From: Escherichia coli
GTDB lineage: Bacteria; Pseudomonadota; Gammaproteobacteria; Enterobacterales; Enterobacteriaceae
Strand: one strand, 5' to 3'
NCBI RefSeq assembly: GCF_011045215.1
Contig: NZ_CP049201.1
Length of the DNA stretch: 64,000 nucleotides
Part shown: piece by piece, positions 1 through 12,913 of the stretch
Position numbering within the stretch: position 1 is the stretch's first letter
How the letters are laid out: the number at the start of each line of letters is the position of its first letter
Program-made: the position numbers and the translations under genes
The notes under the pieces: model-generated
Database searches by the model: none
The model's input: only the letters and a program-made list of their open reading frames with translations
What the model was told of the DNA's origin: nothing

Positions 1-187
1 TGTTCTGGCAATTACCCTGGCAATGTCTCTGAGTGCCTGTTCTAACTGGTCTAAACGGGACCGCAACACCGCAATCGGCGCGGGTGCAGGGGCATTAGGC
101 GGTGCAGTACTGACCGATGGCAGTACGTTGGGTACATTAGGTGGCGCAGCTGTCGGTGGTGTTATTGGTCACCAGGTCGGTAAATAA
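1..187 (+). CDS. osmB: OsmB osmotically inducible lipoprotein, C-terminal part (5' end outside window)
   Basis: Frame from nt 2 reads ...LAITLAMSLSACSNWSKRDRNTAIGAGAGALGG...GHQVGK then stop at 185-187; matches recalled OsmB and its position next to yciH. Confidence 0.85.
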   Translation, partial: VLAITLAMSLSACSNWSKRDRNTAIGAGAGALGGAVLTDGSTLGTLGGAAVGGVIGHQVGK

Positions 188-283
188 TCGTAAATAAATG
201 TCGATTATCGACTCGTAATTATAATACGCTTGATTCTGTTCAGTACGAAATAACTGAATAATACACACAGTAAAATATTCGAA

Positions 284-309
284 AGCCACGGATATATCCG
301 TGGCTTTTT
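284..309. terminator. Bidirectional rho-independent terminator between osmB and yciH
   Basis: Hairpin AGCCACGG..CCGTGGCT followed by TTTTT; sits between convergent genes. Confidence 0.6.
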
Positions 310-312
310 ATG

Positions 313-639
313 TTAACCGCCTGCGAGTTTTACCTTCATCCCTTTCGCTTCAAGTAGTGATTTTAATAAATCACGCTTATCGCCCTGGATTTCAATAACT
401 CCATCTTTAACTGCTCCGCCGCAGCCGCATTTTTTCTTCAGTTCCGCTGCAAGTTTTGTCAGTTCGGCATCATCGAGATCGATACCGGTAATCAGGCAAA
501 CGCCCTTACCTTTACGTCCACTGGTCTGACGCTGAATACGCACCACACCATCGCCTTTAGGGCGTACTGGGGCCGCTTTGGGCTCATCAATACGCCCGGT
601 TTCTGTCGAGTAGACCAGACGGCTGTTGGAATCACTCAT
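313..639 (-). CDS. yciH: YciH, SUI1-family translation initiation factor homologue
   Basis: ORF track 313..642; protein [21 protein letters not shown]... matches recalled YciH; start taken at second Met (alternative start 642). Confidence 0.85.
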   Translation of the reverse strand: MSDSNSRLVYSTETGRIDEPKAAPVRPKGDGVVRIQRQTSGRKGKGVCLITGIDLDDAELTKLAAELKKKCGCGGAVKDGVIEIQGDKRDLLKSLLEAKGMKVKLAGG

Positions 640-1376
640 CATGCACTCCGCTGTAAAGAGGCGTTGATCGCTTTCAGTGTTTGCGCTGGATCTACCGATT
701 GCGTTACCGGGCGACCAATCACCATATAATCAACACCAGCCGCCAACGCCTGTTCTGGCGTCATAATGCGGCGCTGGTCACCTGCTTCACTCCCCTGCGG
801 ACGAATGCCCGGTGTAACCAGTTTGAACTCCTGACCGAATACCTGTTTAAAGCGCACAGCTTCCTGAGCAGAACACACCACACCATCAAGGCCACATTTT
901 TGCGTCAGTGCCGCCAGACGTTCTGCATAATCTGCAGGTGACAGTGTCACGCCAAGATCGGCCAGGTCGCTGGCTTCCATGCTGGTCAACACTGTCACAG
1001 CAATCAAAAGCGGTGCATCTTTGCCATACGGAACCAGTGCCTCACGCGCTGCGGTCATCATACGCGCCCCACCAGAGGCATGAACATTCACCATCCACAC
1101 GCCTAAGTCAGCTGCAGCAGCGACAGCGTGCGCTGCAGTGTTAGGGATATCGTGGAATTTCAGGTCAAGAAAGATATCAAAACCACGCTGTTGAAGTTCG
1201 CGCACAAACTGTGGCCCAAACAATGTAAACATCTCTTTGCCGACCTTCAGACGACAATCGCGTGGGTCGATCTTGTCGACAAAGGCCAGCGCGGCATCAC
1301 GATTATGATAATCAAGGGCAACAACCACAGGAGAATTCGTAACAGCGCGGGAAGAAGATGAAGCAGTTAACGTCAT
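639..1376 (-). CDS. pyrF: Orotidine 5'-phosphate decarboxylase
   Basis: ORF track 639..1436; recalled PyrF begins [23 protein letters not shown], giving ATG at 1376 (245 aa). Confidence 0.95.
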   Translation of the reverse strand: MTLTASSSSRAVTNSPVVVALDYHNRDAALAFVDKIDPRDCRLKVGKEMFTLFGPQFVRELQQRGFDIFLDLKFHDIPNTAAHAVAAAADLGVWMVNVHASGGARMMTAAREALVPYGKDAPLLIAVTVLTSMEASDLADLGVTLSPADYAERLAALTQKCGLDGVVCSAQEAVRFKQVFGQEFKLVTPGIRPQGSEAGDQRRIMTPEQALAAGVDYMVIGRPVTQSVDPAQTLKAINASLQRSA

Positions 1377-1568
1377 GACCAGACCTTCTTGATGATGGGC
1401 ACCGGAAGTGGCGCGAAACAGGTAAACGGCGAGCATTCTACCCGTGGAAATAAAAAATTAACAGTTGCGATTTCTCCCCTGGCAGGCTTTTTCTGCGCTG
1501 TCGTTGCCGGAGCACAATGGGACATCAATAACTAGTATGTTGTAACTAAAGTCGGTTTTTTTAAAAAA

Positions 1569-2738
1569 TTACAGGCCATCAAGACCGCGAATCGGTTTAA
1601 TAGTTGACCAGGCACGACAAGACGGACAATGCCAGTAGAGGGTGTATGCGGTAAAACCACATTTCTGGCAGCGATAACGAGGCTTACTACGTACCTTCTC
1701 GCCAACCATGTCACGCAGCACCATCAGGCTCTCTTTGGCACGCCCTTCTTCCGCTTCATTTAAGTGGTAATCCATTAACTTATGGAACACACGCATGGTC
1801 GGATGACGCTGAAGCTGGCGCGTAATATAGACCTGTGCGGCCTCACTACCGTCGCGCGCTTCGATGATATCAGCAAGCATCAATTCAGCATCGGCACCGG
1901 TGTTCTCTTCCACCGCGCGTTGCAGGAATTCTGCCCATTCGGCAGTTTTACCCAACTGCTGATAGCAGGTTTGCAGCATTTCCAGCGTTTCGCTGACCAG
2001 TTCTCTGTCCTGGGATATCACGCGTTGCAAACTTTCGACGGCTTTGGCGTATTCTCCTTTCGCCATAAACACGCGTCCCATCATGATGGATACGCGGGCG
2101 CTGTTTTTATCTGCCGCCGCCCCTTTTTTTAGCAAGGTCATGGCACGATCGAGATCGTCGCTGGCCATATGCTGCAGGGCTAACTCACAGTAGAAATGGG
2201 CAATTTCGACGCGCTGTTTATCTTTACCCAGCTTCACCAGGCGTTCGGCAACATCAATTGCTTTCTGCCACTCACTGGTAGCCTGGTAGATTTGTAGCAA
2301 CTGTTGCAGCGCGCCAATGCGGAAGTCAGTTTCATCGGTCAGCTGATTGAACATGTCTTCCGCGCGGTCATATAACCCGGCGGCCATGTAATCACGCCCC
2401 AGTTGTTGAATCGCCAACAGACGCTGTTCATAGGTCAGCGAGGCGCTTTCCATTAGGGTCTGATGGATGCGAATAGCGCGATCAACTTCGCCACGCGAAC
2501 GGAACAGGTTTCCGAGCGTAAGGTGGGCTTCAACGGTGCCTGTATCCTCTTTAAGCATATCGAGAAACAGGTCTACCGCTTTATCCTGTTGATTACTAAG
2601 CAGGAAGTTAACCCCCGCTACGTAATCACGCGACAAGCGGTTGGCTTCATCTTGCTTGTTTTGTTGCGCACTTCTGCGGCCCATATACCAGCCATAGGCA
2701 GCGGCTACAGGCAAAAGCAGAAACAACAACTCCAGCAT
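1569..2738 (-). CDS. lapB: LapB (YciM) lipopolysaccharide assembly protein, TPR repeats plus C-terminal rubredoxin-like zinc finger
   Basis: 389-aa ORF; N-terminal membrane anchor, TPR-like repeats, C-terminal CQKCG...CPSC motif. Confidence 0.95.
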   Translation of the reverse strand: MLELLFLLLPVAAAYGWYMGRRSAQQNKQDEANRLSRDYVAGVNFLLSNQQDKAVDLFLDMLKEDTGTVEAHLTLGNLFRSRGEVDRAIRIHQTLMESASLTYEQRLLAIQQLGRDYMAAGLYDRAEDMFNQLTDETDFRIGALQQLLQIYQATSEWQKAIDVAERLVKLGKDKQRVEIAHFYCELALQHMASDDLDRAMTLLKKGAAADKNSARVSIMMGRVFMAKGEYAKAVESLQRVISQDRELVSETLEMLQTCYQQLGKTAEWAEFLQRAVEENTGADAELMLADIIEARDGSEAAQVYITRQLQRHPTMRVFHKLMDYHLNEAEEGRAKESLMVLRDMVGEKVRSKPRYRCQKCGFTAYTLYWHCPSCRAWSTIKPIRGLDGL

Positions 2739-2744
2739 AGAAAG

Positions 2745-3053
2745 TTATTCCTTCGCCGCTGACGAGTGCTGCACTACAGCCACGTCAGTCGCGGGTGAAA
2801 GCTGGTTTTCCAGTCGCTTTATTTTACGTTCAGCGCGCACCAGGGAAACACGAACTCGCAGCCAGAACAGGCCACAAATCAACCAACCGATAGCAAAACC
2901 CGCAGCAAACAATACCGCCAGCAATGTGGAAATACGGTACTCCCCTTGCGCTAACAGATAATTAAACGTCACCTGTTGATCGTTCTGCGCACCCAACGTG
3001 ACCGAAATCACAAAGATCGCTAACACCAGTAAGAAAATGAGTAAATATTTCAC
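2745..3053 (-). CDS. lapA: LapA (YciS) inner-membrane protein
   Basis: 102-aa ORF directly upstream of lapB, two hydrophobic segments; matches recalled LapA. Confidence 0.9.
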   Translation of the reverse strand: MKYLLIFLLVLAIFVISVTLGAQNDQQVTFNYLLAQGEYRISTLLAVLFAAGFAIGWLICGLFWLRVRVSLVRAERKIKRLENQLSPATDVAVVQHSSAAKE

Positions 3054-3201
3054 ATTACTTCCCGTTATGTGGTTAGAGCGAATAAATTATGGTCAACTTA
3101 CCGCAATAGCCCTTTAAAGTACCATTTTCGCGCCGTCTGCGAAATGGCATCCACGCGCATTGTTGATGATTTAAGGGCTAAATTCGGAAAATCAACCAGC
3201 G

Positions 3202-3966
3202 TTAACTTTCTTGTTCTCGTTGCGCTATTTCGCGATTTTCTTCCGCAGGTGGTGTTAATGGCCCACAAATTCGTTGCGCAAGCCACGTTGCCACCGCCAC
3301 CAGCGCCCACGAAATCAACGTAGCTACTACCAGATCGCGTGGCCAATGCATCCCGAGCAGCAGGCGGCTTCCCATGACTCCAGTTGCCCAGACCAACAAG
3401 ATAGCAATGGTTAACGTTCGCCGACGCGGCCACAGCAAACCAACGGCCAGCAGTGCCCAACTGGCAGCAAACATCGTGTGACCGGAAGGAAAGGCAAACC
3501 CCGTCTCTTTCTGCCAGTGTGAACGCAAATATTGTGGGATATTTTTCTCTTCAGCCAACTGTTCTTTCACTAGATTTCCGCGTTCTGCTCGCTTTAAAGT
3601 GTAGAACTCATCAACCGGAATATGATGTGTTTTTTCCAGCCAGATAACAAAAGGTCGTGGTTCCTGGACTTTGTCTTTGATCCAGGATTTAACGCCTTGT
3701 CCCACAAGGATTGCCGCCGCCAGAATGGCAAATAATACAAAGGCAGCCTTAATGCGAAAACGCAGACACCAGAGAAACCAGCCGAATAAAATCAAATGTG
3801 TAATGACGCCCCAGGGCTGGGTGACAGTTTCAGTAACCCAAAAAGCCGCTTTTAGTAGCCAACTTTGTTCTCCAGGTTGCCAACGCCAGCCAGAAATCCA
3901 TACGGCTACTGGCATAACAAGCAATAGTGCAGCTCCCACTGCGGTACGTCGGGCAATCGAACGCAT
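3202..3966 (-). CDS. pgpB: Phosphatidylglycerophosphatase B (PAP2 family)
   Basis: 254-aa ORF, multi-pass membrane protein with PAP2 motifs (PSGH, SRLLLGMH); conserved position. Confidence 0.95.
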   Translation of the reverse strand: MRSIARRTAVGAALLLVMPVAVWISGWRWQPGEQSWLLKAAFWVTETVTQPWGVITHLILFGWFLWCLRFRIKAAFVLFAILAAAILVGQGVKSWIKDKVQEPRPFVIWLEKTHHIPVDEFYTLKRAERGNLVKEQLAEEKNIPQYLRSHWQKETGFAFPSGHTMFAASWALLAVGLLWPRRRTLTIAILLVWATGVMGSRLLLGMHWPRDLVVATLISWALVAVATWLAQRICGPLTPPAEENREIAQREQES

Positions 3967-4135
3967 GGCCTCTCCTTTTTGATAAGTCCCACAATCATAA
4001 CTGAAAATGCCAGTTCCAGGAAAAATTGACAGATTTGTGCCATTCCGTGAACGATCGACGCGTCGTGATTAGGTGAACCCCTTCTCGTTATGGCAAAATA
4101 AGCCAATACAGAACCAGCATTATCTGGAGAATTTC

Positions 4136-4726
4136 ATGCAGCTTAAACGTGTGGCAGAAGCCAAACTGCCAACCCCATGGGGCGATTTCCTGATGGTGGG
4201 ATTTGAAGAACTGGCAACCGGACACGATCATGTCGCGCTAGTCTATGGCGATATTTCCGGGCATACCCCGGTACTTGCGCGCGTCCATTCCGAATGTCTG
4301 ACCGGTGACGCCCTGTTCAGCTTGCGCTGCGATTGTGGCTTCCAGCTCGAAGCGGCATTGACGCAAATTGCCGAGGAAGGCCGTGGTATTTTGCTGTATC
4401 ACCGTCAGGAAGGTCGTAACATTGGTCTGCTGAATAAAATCCGCGCTTACGCACTGCAGGATCAAGGTTACGATACTGTAGAGGCTAACCACCAGTTAGG
4501 CTTCGCCGCTGATGAGCGCGACTTCACTCTTTGCGCTGATATGTTCAAACTCCTTGGCGTCAATGAAGTCCGCTTGTTAACCAATAACCCGAAAAAAGTC
4601 GAAATTCTGACCGAAGCAGGGATTAATATTGTTGAACGCGTACCATTGATTGTAGGTCGTAACCCCAATAACGAACATTATCTCGATACCAAAGCCGAGA
4701 AAATGGGCCATTTGCTGAACAAATAA
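4136..4726 (+). CDS. ribA: GTP cyclohydrolase II
   Basis: ORF track 4073..4726; recalled RibA begins [21 protein letters not shown] at 4136 (196 aa). Confidence 0.95.
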
Positions 4727-4748
4727 CCCTCTTGCATTGTGTAATTCA

Positions 4749-4783
4749 TTTGCTTGCCGGAAGCAAAATAACCGGCAAGCAAA
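4749..4783. terminator. Bidirectional terminator between ribA and acnA
   Basis: Inverted repeat TTGCTTGCCGG..CCGGCAAGCAA between convergent genes. Confidence 0.6.
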
Positions 4784-4789
4784 TACTTG

Positions 4790-7465
4790 TTACTTCAACA
4801 TATTACGAATGACATAATGCAAAATGCCGTCGTTCTGGTAGTAGGTCAACTCCGTCGCGGTGTCGATACGACAACGGCAGGGTACGACTTCCTGGCTACC
4901 ATCCGCGCGCGTAAGCGTCACCGGAACCGTCGCGCCGGGTTGTAGGTTTTGCAGATCGCCAATATCAATCTTCTCTTCCCCGGTTAGCCCTAACGTTTTA
5001 CGCGTTACGCCTTGCGGAAATTCCAGCGGCAGGATGCCCATGCCAATTAAATTCGAACGGTGAATTCGTTCAAACGATTCGGCAATCACCACACGAATAC
5101 CAAGCAGACGCGGACCTTTTGCCGCCCAGTCACGGCTGGAGCCTGATCCATACTCTTTCCCGGCAATCACCGCCAGCGGCGTTTGCTCCTGCTTATAGCG
5201 CATCGCAGCATCATAAATAGAGACTACGTCGCTGTCAGGTAAATGCCGCGTCATCCCCCCTTCAACGCCAGGCACCATTTCATTACGGATGCGAATATTG
5301 GCGAAGGTGCCGCGCATCATCACTTCATGGTTACCACGCCGCGAACCGTAGGAGTTAAAGTCTTTTCGCTCAACACCCCGACCTTGTAGGTATCGACCCG
5401 CTGGGCTGTCGGGCTTAATACTGCCCGCCGGAGAGATATGGTCAGTGGTGACTGAATCCCCCAGCATTGCGAGGATCCGCGCACCGTGAATATCTTCCAC
5501 AGGTGCTGGTGTTGCCTGCATTTCATCAAAGAAAGGCGATAAACGAATATAGGTTGAATCCTCCTGCCATCCGTAGGTATCGGATCGTGCGACGTTAATT
5601 TCTTTCCACTCTGCAGTGCCTTCAAAGACTTCTGCGTACTCTTTGCGGAACATTTCTGTGGAGACTTGTTCTACCGCACGGGCAATTTCTTGTGCCGATG
5701 GCCAGATATCTTTCAGATATATTGGATCGCCTTTACGATCATGACCAATAGGCTCAGAAGCCAGGTTGATATTCATATTTCCCGCCAGCGCATAAGCAAC
5801 CACCAGCGGCGGCGAGGCCAACCAGTTGGTTTTAACCAGCGGATGGATACGGCCTTCAAAGTTACGGTTGCCGGACAGCACTGCACCGACGGTTAAATCG
5901 CCTTTTTTGATTGCCGTTTCGATAGGATCGGGCAGCGGCCCAGAGTTACCAATACAGGTGGTACAACCGTATCCCACAAGGTTAAACCCCAGTTCGTCGA
6001 GATACGGTGTAAGTTTCGCTTTTGCCAGATAATCAGAAACGACTTTCGAACCCGGTGCCAGCGACGCTTTGACCCACGGTTGCCGCTTGAGGCCCAGAGT
6101 TACGGCTTTTTTCGCCAGCAAGCCTGCGGCCATCAGCACACTTGGGTTAGAGGTGTTGGTGCACGAGGTTATCGCAGCAATGACCACAGCGCCATCAGGT
6201 AACTGATACTGATGTCCGTTCATAACATAATCGACCGGCTGGCGATCTTTATGCGTGGCATTCACTTCCAGTTCGTTACTGGCGGCAAATGCTTTTGGTA
6301 CATCGGGCAGTGCAACGCGATCCTGTGGGCGTTTAGGCCCTGCCAGGCTCGCTTCAACGTCATTCATATCCAGTTCTAACGTACTGGTAAAAATCGGTTC
6401 ATCGCCCGGGTTACGCCACATGCCCTGCGCTTTGGCATATTTTTCGACCAACTCGACCTGATCTTCGCTGCGCCCGCTTAAACGCATGTAATCGAGGGTT
6501 ACAGCATCGATTGGGAAGAAGCCACAGGTGGCACCATATTCTGGCGACATATTGGCAATGGTGGCGCGATCCGCCAACGGTAGTGAATCCAGACCATCAC
6601 CATAAAATTCGACGAATTTCCCCACCACGCCATGTTTGCGCAGCATTTGGGTAACAGTGAGAACCAGGTCTGTAGCGGTAATACCTTCACGTAATTTTCC
6701 GGTAAGTTTAAAGCCCACTACGTCCGGGATAAGCATGGAAACCGGCTGGCCTAACATTGCGGCTTCTGCTTCGATGCCACCCACGCCCCACCCCAACACG
6801 CCAAGGCCGTTTATCATAGTGGTGTGCGAGTCAGTACCAACGAGTGTATCCGGATAAGCAATCCATTCACCGTCCTGCAATTCGCTCCACACTGCTTTGC
6901 CGAGATATTCGAGGTTAACCTGATGGCAAATGCCTGTGCCTGGCGGCACGACGCTAAACCGACTGAACGCCTGCTTTCCCCATTTCAGGAACACATAACG
7001 TTCGTGGTTGCGCTCCATTTCCAGGCGTACGTTTTCTTCAAATGCCTCATCATCACCAAAACGATCGACGGTCACCGAGTGGTCAATGACCAGGTCGACC
7101 GGTGAGAGCGGGTTAACCTTTGCAGTATCGCCGCCGAGGCGTTTAACCGCTTCGCGCATTGCAGCGAGATCAACAACGGCAGGTACGCCGGTAAAGTCCT
7201 GCATCAGCACCCTTGCCGGGCGGTAGGCAATTTCACGGTCAGCATGGGCATTTTTCAGCCATCCCGCCAGCGCGTGGATATCCTCTTCGGTAACCGAGTT
7301 ACCATCCTGCCAGCGCAGCAGGTTTTCGAGCAAAACTTTGAGTGACTTGGGTAGACGGGTGATATCGCCCAGTGATTTGGCAGCAAGCGGCAGGCTGTAG
7401 TAGTGGTAAGTTTTATCTTTGGCCTGCAACGTGTCCTTACTGGCTTCTCGTAGGGTTGACGACAT
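4790..7465 (-). CDS. acnA: Aconitate hydratase A
   Basis: 891-aa ORF with aconitase-family motifs; matches recalled AcnA. Confidence 0.97.
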   Translation of the reverse strand: MSSTLREASKDTLQAKDKTYHYYSLPLAAKSLGDITRLPKSLKVLLENLLRWQDGNSVTEEDIHALAGWLKNAHADREIAYRPARVLMQDFTGVPAVVDLAAMREAVKRLGGDTAKVNPLSPVDLVIDHSVTVDRFGDDEAFEENVRLEMERNHERYVFLKWGKQAFSRFSVVPPGTGICHQVNLEYLGKAVWSELQDGEWIAYPDTLVGTDSHTTMINGLGVLGWGVGGIEAEAAMLGQPVSMLIPDVVGFKLTGKLREGITATDLVLTVTQMLRKHGVVGKFVEFYGDGLDSLPLADRATIANMSPEYGATCGFFPIDAVTLDYMRLSGRSEDQVELVEKYAKAQGMWRNPGDEPIFTSTLELDMNDVEASLAGPKRPQDRVALPDVPKAFAASNELEVNATHKDRQPVDYVMNGHQYQLPDGAVVIAAITSCTNTSNPSVLMAAGLLAKKAVTLGLKRQPWVKASLAPGSKVVSDYLAKAKLTPYLDELGFNLVGYGCTTCIGNSGPLPDPIETAIKKGDLTVGAVLSGNRNFEGRIHPLVKTNWLASPPLVVAYALAGNMNINLASEPIGHDRKGDPIYLKDIWPSAQEIARAVEQVSTEMFRKEYAEVFEGTAEWKEINVARSDTYGWQEDSTYIRLSPFFDEMQATPAPVEDIHGARILAMLGDSVTTDHISPAGSIKPDSPAGRYLQGRGVERKDFNSYGSRRGNHEVMMRGTFANIRIRNEMVPGVEGGMTRHLPDSDVVSIYDAAMRYKQEQTPLAVIAGKEYGSGSSRDWAAKGPRLLGIRVVIAESFERIHRSNLIGMGILPLEFPQGVTRKTLGLTGEEKIDIGDLQNLQPGATVPVTLTRADGSQEVVPCRCRIDTATELTYYQNDGILHYVIRNMLK

Positions 7466-7837
7466 AGCTCCTCCTTAATGACAGGGTTGCGAAGCCCTGA
7501 TTCTCTTCAGGGTGAATATTAAAGATAACACAAACATCGCGTAACGATTTGATAACAACCCAAATTGATAAAAGAGGAGAAACCTTGTGGCAAAGCAAAT
7601 GACAACCCCGCCGCAGCGGGGTCAAGGATCAGTGAGTAATGATCCAGAGGAGTTCGGCCCAGAAGAGCATCGACAGAGAAAACGCGCCCATCCAGGACCA
7701 ATATTTCATATTTGTGTTGATCATAGGCTACACCCTTAACGGTTATTACTTTGTGTTGAGATAACTCAACCTGTTATTGCTGCGGTGTATTAAAAGCCCT
7801 GTAATTCATTAAAAATGGGTAATAAGAATGATGATAA

Positions 7838-8005
7838 TTATTGTTTCGGCTGATCATCTTCAGCAAACAGTTCTATAAAGGCTTGCTGCTGCGATGTTAG
7901 TTGCCAGTCGTCTGGAATAACGACGGAACATTCCCGTTTCGTTTCTGGTTCATTGTCACTATGCTGGCATAATGGTGACGACTCCAGTTGCTCCTGACCA
8001 ACCAT
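7838..8005 (-). CDS. yciX: Small protein YciX
   Basis: ORF track 7838..8026; MVGQEQLESSPLCQHSDNEPETKRE...; position between acnA and cysB as in E. coli; start assignment uncertain. Confidence 0.5.
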   Translation of the reverse strand: MVGQEQLESSPLCQHSDNEPETKRECSVVIPDDWQLTSQQQAFIELFAEDDQPKQ

Positions 8006-8007
8006 AG

Positions 8008-8136
8008 TTATCCCCACACTTTCCAAATCAGCAGTGCGACAACCACCCAGAAAAGTGCAGAACCAAGAAAAACCGCCAGCCAGGCTTTACGTTTTAATTC
8101 AGGATCGCGGCGGGGTTCCTGATTTCCAGAAGGCAT
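8008..8136 (-). CDS. ymiA: Small membrane protein YmiA (42 aa)
   Basis: Hand-translated minus-strand ORF MPSGNQEPRRDPELKRKAWLAVFLGSALFWVVVALLIWKVWG; below ORF-track length cutoff. Confidence 0.5.
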   Translation of the reverse strand: MPSGNQEPRRDPELKRKAWLAVFLGSALFWVVVALLIWKVWG

Positions 8137-8420
8137 TGCTAACCTCATATAATCGCCATCACTTATCAGCAAGACGTTGAACGATTGGTGTAATTAATCA
8201 TACGATGAGACAAATCCTAAAGAAACTTTAGTCAAAAATCCAGCGAATTTACGAATCGTCTTCAGTGAATAATTCAATCTTTTGACCTGAAATAGATATT
8301 TGAAAACTGGAGTTTGCGAGGCGGGTAATTAGACACTACTTTACAGGTAATTTACCCTATAAATATGAGGGATAAAATATTGTGCACGATATACAAATAA
8401 GTAACAAAAGAAAATATATT

Positions 8421-8449
8421 TCGGCACCTTCGCTACAAAAAAGGTGCCG
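8421..8449 (-). terminator. Probable cysB terminator
   Basis: Perfect 9-bp inverted repeat CGGCACCTT..AAGGTGCCG just downstream of cysB stop, T-rich flank on minus strand. Confidence 0.5.
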
Positions 8450-8465
8450 AAAATAACGCAAGAAA

Positions 8466-9464
<999 letters not shown>

Positions 9465-9600
9465 TCAGAACATCGTTTTTTCGTCACACCTGGCGGGTGA
9501 CTAATACGATTTAATAATAAAAAAGGTGCTAACTATAACCACTATATCATTTATAGCCTTAGTGTATAGGTGTGAAGAAAAAATAATATGCAATAAAAAA

Positions 9601-9618
9601 GGGCCGCTTTCGCGCCCC
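9601..9618 (-). terminator. Probable topA terminator
   Basis: GC-rich imperfect hairpin GGGCCGC-TTTC-GCGCCCC followed by T-run on the minus strand, 30 nt after topA stop. Confidence 0.45.
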
Positions 9619-9649
9619 TTTGTTTATAAAAACCTGACAGAATTAAAGG

Positions 9650-12247
9650 TTATTTTTTCCCTTCAACCCATTTGCCATCAACATAAAATGCTGACCAGCC
9701 AGTCGCCTTTCCGTCTTTTTCCGAAGAGACATATTGCTGTTTGGTTTTACGGCTAAAGCGAACCATAGTCTTATTACCTTCCGGATCCTGCTGCGGCGCA
9801 TCGGCCAGATAACGCAGTTTTTCCGGCAGACGATCGCGGAAGCGATACAGCTCTTCCACCAGCGGCGCACGCGTTTCACGCGATTTCGGGAAGGTATTGG
9901 CCGCCAGGAACACACCGGCAGCACCGTCACGCAGCACGAAATAGGCATCTGATTTTTCGCACGGCAGCTCCGGTAATGGTACCGGATCTTCTTTCGGTGG
10001 AGCCACTTCGCCGTTACGTAAAATCTTACGCGTGTTTTTACACTCTTCGTTGGTGCAGGCCATATATTTACCGAAACGCCCCATTTTCAGGTGCATTTCA
10101 GAACCACATTTTTCACACTCAACGATCGGGCCGTCATAACCTTTAATGCGGAATTCGCCCTCTTCGATCTCGTAACCGTCGCAGGTTGGGTTATTACCAC
10201 AGACATGCAACTTACGTTTCGGATCGATGAGATAGCTGTCCATCGCCGTGCCGCATTTCGGGCAACGACGTTTTGCGCGCAGCGCGTTGGTTTCAGCGTC
10301 TTCGCCTTCCAGCACGTTCAGCACTTCGTTTTCCGGCACCAGGTTAATGGTGGTTTTGCAACGCTCTTTCGGCGGCAGCGCATAGCCAGAACAGCCAAGG
10401 AATACCCCGGTGCTCGCTGTGCGAATACCCATTTTGCGACCACAGGTCGGGCAGTCGATGCTGGTCAGAACCATCTGGTTCGGACGCATACCCCCCTCTT
10501 CCGGATCTTTTTCAGCTTTATCTAACTGCTGAGTGAAATCCGAGAAGAAGTGATCCAGTACAGCTTTCCACTCTGCTTCGTGATTTGCCACCTGGTCGAG
10601 GCTGTTTTCCATCTGCGCGGTGAAGTCGTAGTTCATTAACTCGCGGAAATTCTCTTCCAGGCGATCGGTGACGATTTCGCCCATTTTTTCCGCATAGAAA
10701 CGACGGTTTTCTACACGCACATAGCCACGGTCCTGAATGGTCGAAATGATCGACGCATAGGTAGACGGACGACCGATACCGCGTTTTTCAAGCTCTTTAA
10801 CCAGCGATGCTTCACTGAAACGGGCTGGCGGTTTGGTAAAGTGCTGGGCTGGTGTCAGTTCAACGAGCGTCAGAGCATCGCCTTTATCGACTGCCGGTAA
10901 GATACGATCTTCATCGCCTTTACGCAGTGCAGGCATCACTTTTGTCCAGCCATCAAAGCGCAAAATACGACCGCGTGCTTTCAGGCGGAAATCGCCCGCA
11001 CCAACGGTCAGCGTCGTGGAGTCATATTTCGCTGGGGTCATCTGGCAGGCAACGAACTGACGCCAGATTAACTGGTACAGTTTCTGAGCATCTGCTTCCA
11101 TATCCTTCAGCGATTCCGCCATCACATTGACGTCAGAAGGACGAATCGCTTCGTGCGCTTCCTGTGAGTTTTCTTTGCTGGCGTACTGATTCGGACTTTC
11201 CGGCAGATATTTCTTACCAAAATTATCGCTGATATAACCGCGAACCATATTTACCGCGTCCTGACTCAGGTTAGTGGAGTCGGTACGCATGTAAGTGATA
11301 TAGCCTGCTTCATACAAACGCTGCGCCATCATCATGGTTTTTTTCACGCCAAATCCAAGACGGGTGCTGGCAGCTTGTTGCAGCGTAGAGGTAATAAAAG
11401 GAGCGCCAGGTTTACTGGTTGTCGGTTTGTCTTCACGTTCCAGCACGCTGTAGCGCGCTTTTTCCAGCAGACTTACCGCAGCCTGAGTTTGTTCTTTGTT
11501 GACCGGACGGAACGGTTTGTCGTTCTGATGAGTCACCTGCAACGCCAACGCTTCACCAGATGGCGTGGTCGTGCTGGCATCGACTTCCCAGAACTCCTCC
11601 GGCACGAACGCTTTAATTTCACGCTCACGCTCGACCACCAGGCGAACTGCCACCGACTGCACACGACCGGCAGACAGACCACGAGCGATCTTTTTCCATA
11701 GCAGCGGCGAAACCATATACCCCACCACGCGGTCCATAAAGCGACGCGCCTGCTGGGCATTAACACGATCAATATTCAGCTCACCCGGTTTGTTAAACGC
11801 CTGGCGGATCGCGTTTTTAGTAATTTCGTTAAACACCACTCGGCTATAGCGCGCATCATCACCCCCAATAACTTCCCGCAGGTGCCATGCAATGGCTTCC
11901 CCTTCGCGGTCAAGGTCGGTTGCGAGATAGATGTGATCGGCTTTTTCAGCCAGTTGTTTCAGTTCAGAGACGACCTTCTCTTTACCAGGCAACACTTCAT
12001 AGTGCGCCTCCCAATTGTGCCACGGGTCAACCCCCATACGGTTGACGAGAGCGCCACGTTCATCCTTTTTAGGCTTTTTAGCCGTCTTGGTGGAGGTAGA
12101 GTCGGCACTCTTTTTGGCAGCTGAGCCACTGGTCGGCAAATCGCGGATGTGACCGACGCTGGATTTAACCACGTAGTCACTACCCAGATACTTGTTGATC
12201 GTTTTGGCTTTTGCCGGGGACTCAACGATGACAAGAGCTTTACCCAT
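9650..12247 (-). CDS. topA: DNA topoisomerase I
   Basis: ORF track 9650..12289; recalled TopA begins [25 protein letters not shown] at 12247 (865 aa); C-terminal zinc ribbons. Confidence 0.97.
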   Translation of the reverse strand: MGKALVIVESPAKAKTINKYLGSDYVVKSSVGHIRDLPTSGSAAKKSADSTSTKTAKKPKKDERGALVNRMGVDPWHNWEAHYEVLPGKEKVVSELKQLAEKADHIYLATDLDREGEAIAWHLREVIGGDDARYSRVVFNEITKNAIRQAFNKPGELNIDRVNAQQARRFMDRVVGYMVSPLLWKKIARGLSAGRVQSVAVRLVVEREREIKAFVPEEFWEVDASTTTPSGEALALQVTHQNDKPFRPVNKEQTQAAVSLLEKARYSVLEREDKPTTSKPGAPFITSTLQQAASTRLGFGVKKTMMMAQRLYEAGYITYMRTDSTNLSQDAVNMVRGYISDNFGKKYLPESPNQYASKENSQEAHEAIRPSDVNVMAESLKDMEADAQKLYQLIWRQFVACQMTPAKYDSTTLTVGAGDFRLKARGRILRFDGWTKVMPALRKGDEDRILPAVDKGDALTLVELTPAQHFTKPPARFSEASLVKELEKRGIGRPSTYASIISTIQDRGYVRVENRRFYAEKMGEIVTDRLEENFRELMNYDFTAQMENSLDQVANHEAEWKAVLDHFFSDFTQQLDKAEKDPEEGGMRPNQMVLTSIDCPTCGRKMGIRTASTGVFLGCSGYALPPKERCKTTINLVPENEVLNVLEGEDAETNALRAKRRCPKCGTAMDSYLIDPKRKLHVCGNNPTCDGYEIEEGEFRIKGYDGPIVECEKCGSEMHLKMGRFGKYMACTNEECKNTRKILRNGEVAPPKEDPVPLPELPCEKSDAYFVLRDGAAGVFLAANTFPKSRETRAPLVEELYRFRDRLPEKLRYLADAPQQDPEGNKTMVRFSRKTKQQYVSSEKDGKATGWSAFYVDGKWVEGKK

Positions 12248-12626
12248 ATTCACCTTACCTAATTTGATTCTTCCAGGAATGCGTCGCACGTTGAAAAACC
12301 TTCCACTGGCAACGAGTTACCGATATGGACTCGTTCTCTGCGGATATCAACCCCTTGTCGTGACTCTGTTCACGAAAATTCAGGTGACTGAGTTAACAGG
12401 TCTTGGCCTACAGGCGCTATAGCACGACGGAATTTTGGTCGAATGTCAAGCAAATCTATTGCCAGATTGACGAAAGCGTCACACTGTACCTGATAAAATC
12501 CGATACGCAACTTTATTAGCATGCAAAATCCAAAGTTGCCAGTAAGGCGCTCTTGCCACCAGCGTGGTATATTTGTCTGCAAGCCATGCCTGGCGTAGAC
12601 TAATGTCCTTGTTTAAGGAGTAAATA

Positions 12627-12878
12627 ATGAACAAAGAGACACAACCCATCGACCGCGAAACGCTGTTGAAAGAGGCCAACAAAATCATTCGTGAGCATGA
12701 GGATACGCTCGCAGGGATTGAAGCCACCGGCGTCACGCAGCGTAATGGCGTGCTGGTATTTACCGGCGACTACTTTTTAGATGAACAAGGATTGCCAACA
12801 GCCAAAAGCACCGCGGTGTTTAATATGTTCAAACACCTGGCCCATGTGCTTTCAGAAAAATATCACCTGGTTGATTAA
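12627..12878 (+). CDS. yciN: YciN, uncharacterised protein
   Basis: 83-aa [29 protein letters not shown]...; conserved position between topA and sohB. Confidence 0.9.
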
Positions 12879-12882
12879 AGCA

Positions 12883-12908
12883 AAACGCGAGGTCTTACCC
12901 TCGCGTTT
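12883..12908. terminator. Bidirectional terminator between yciN and sohB
   Basis: Inverted repeat AACGCGAGG..CCTCGCGTT between convergent genes, T-run after. Confidence 0.6.
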
Positions 12909-12913
12909 GTCTT

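Noticed and set aside
4860-7226. Multiple ORFs of 60-100 aa on the plus strand inside acnA
   Set aside because: Entirely nested antisense to a well-supported 891-aa gene; compositionally biased translations typical of wrong-frame reads.
10091-12124. Plus-strand ORFs inside topA (up to 144 aa)
   Set aside because: Antisense to topA, no RBS context, Arg/Phe-rich wrong-frame character.
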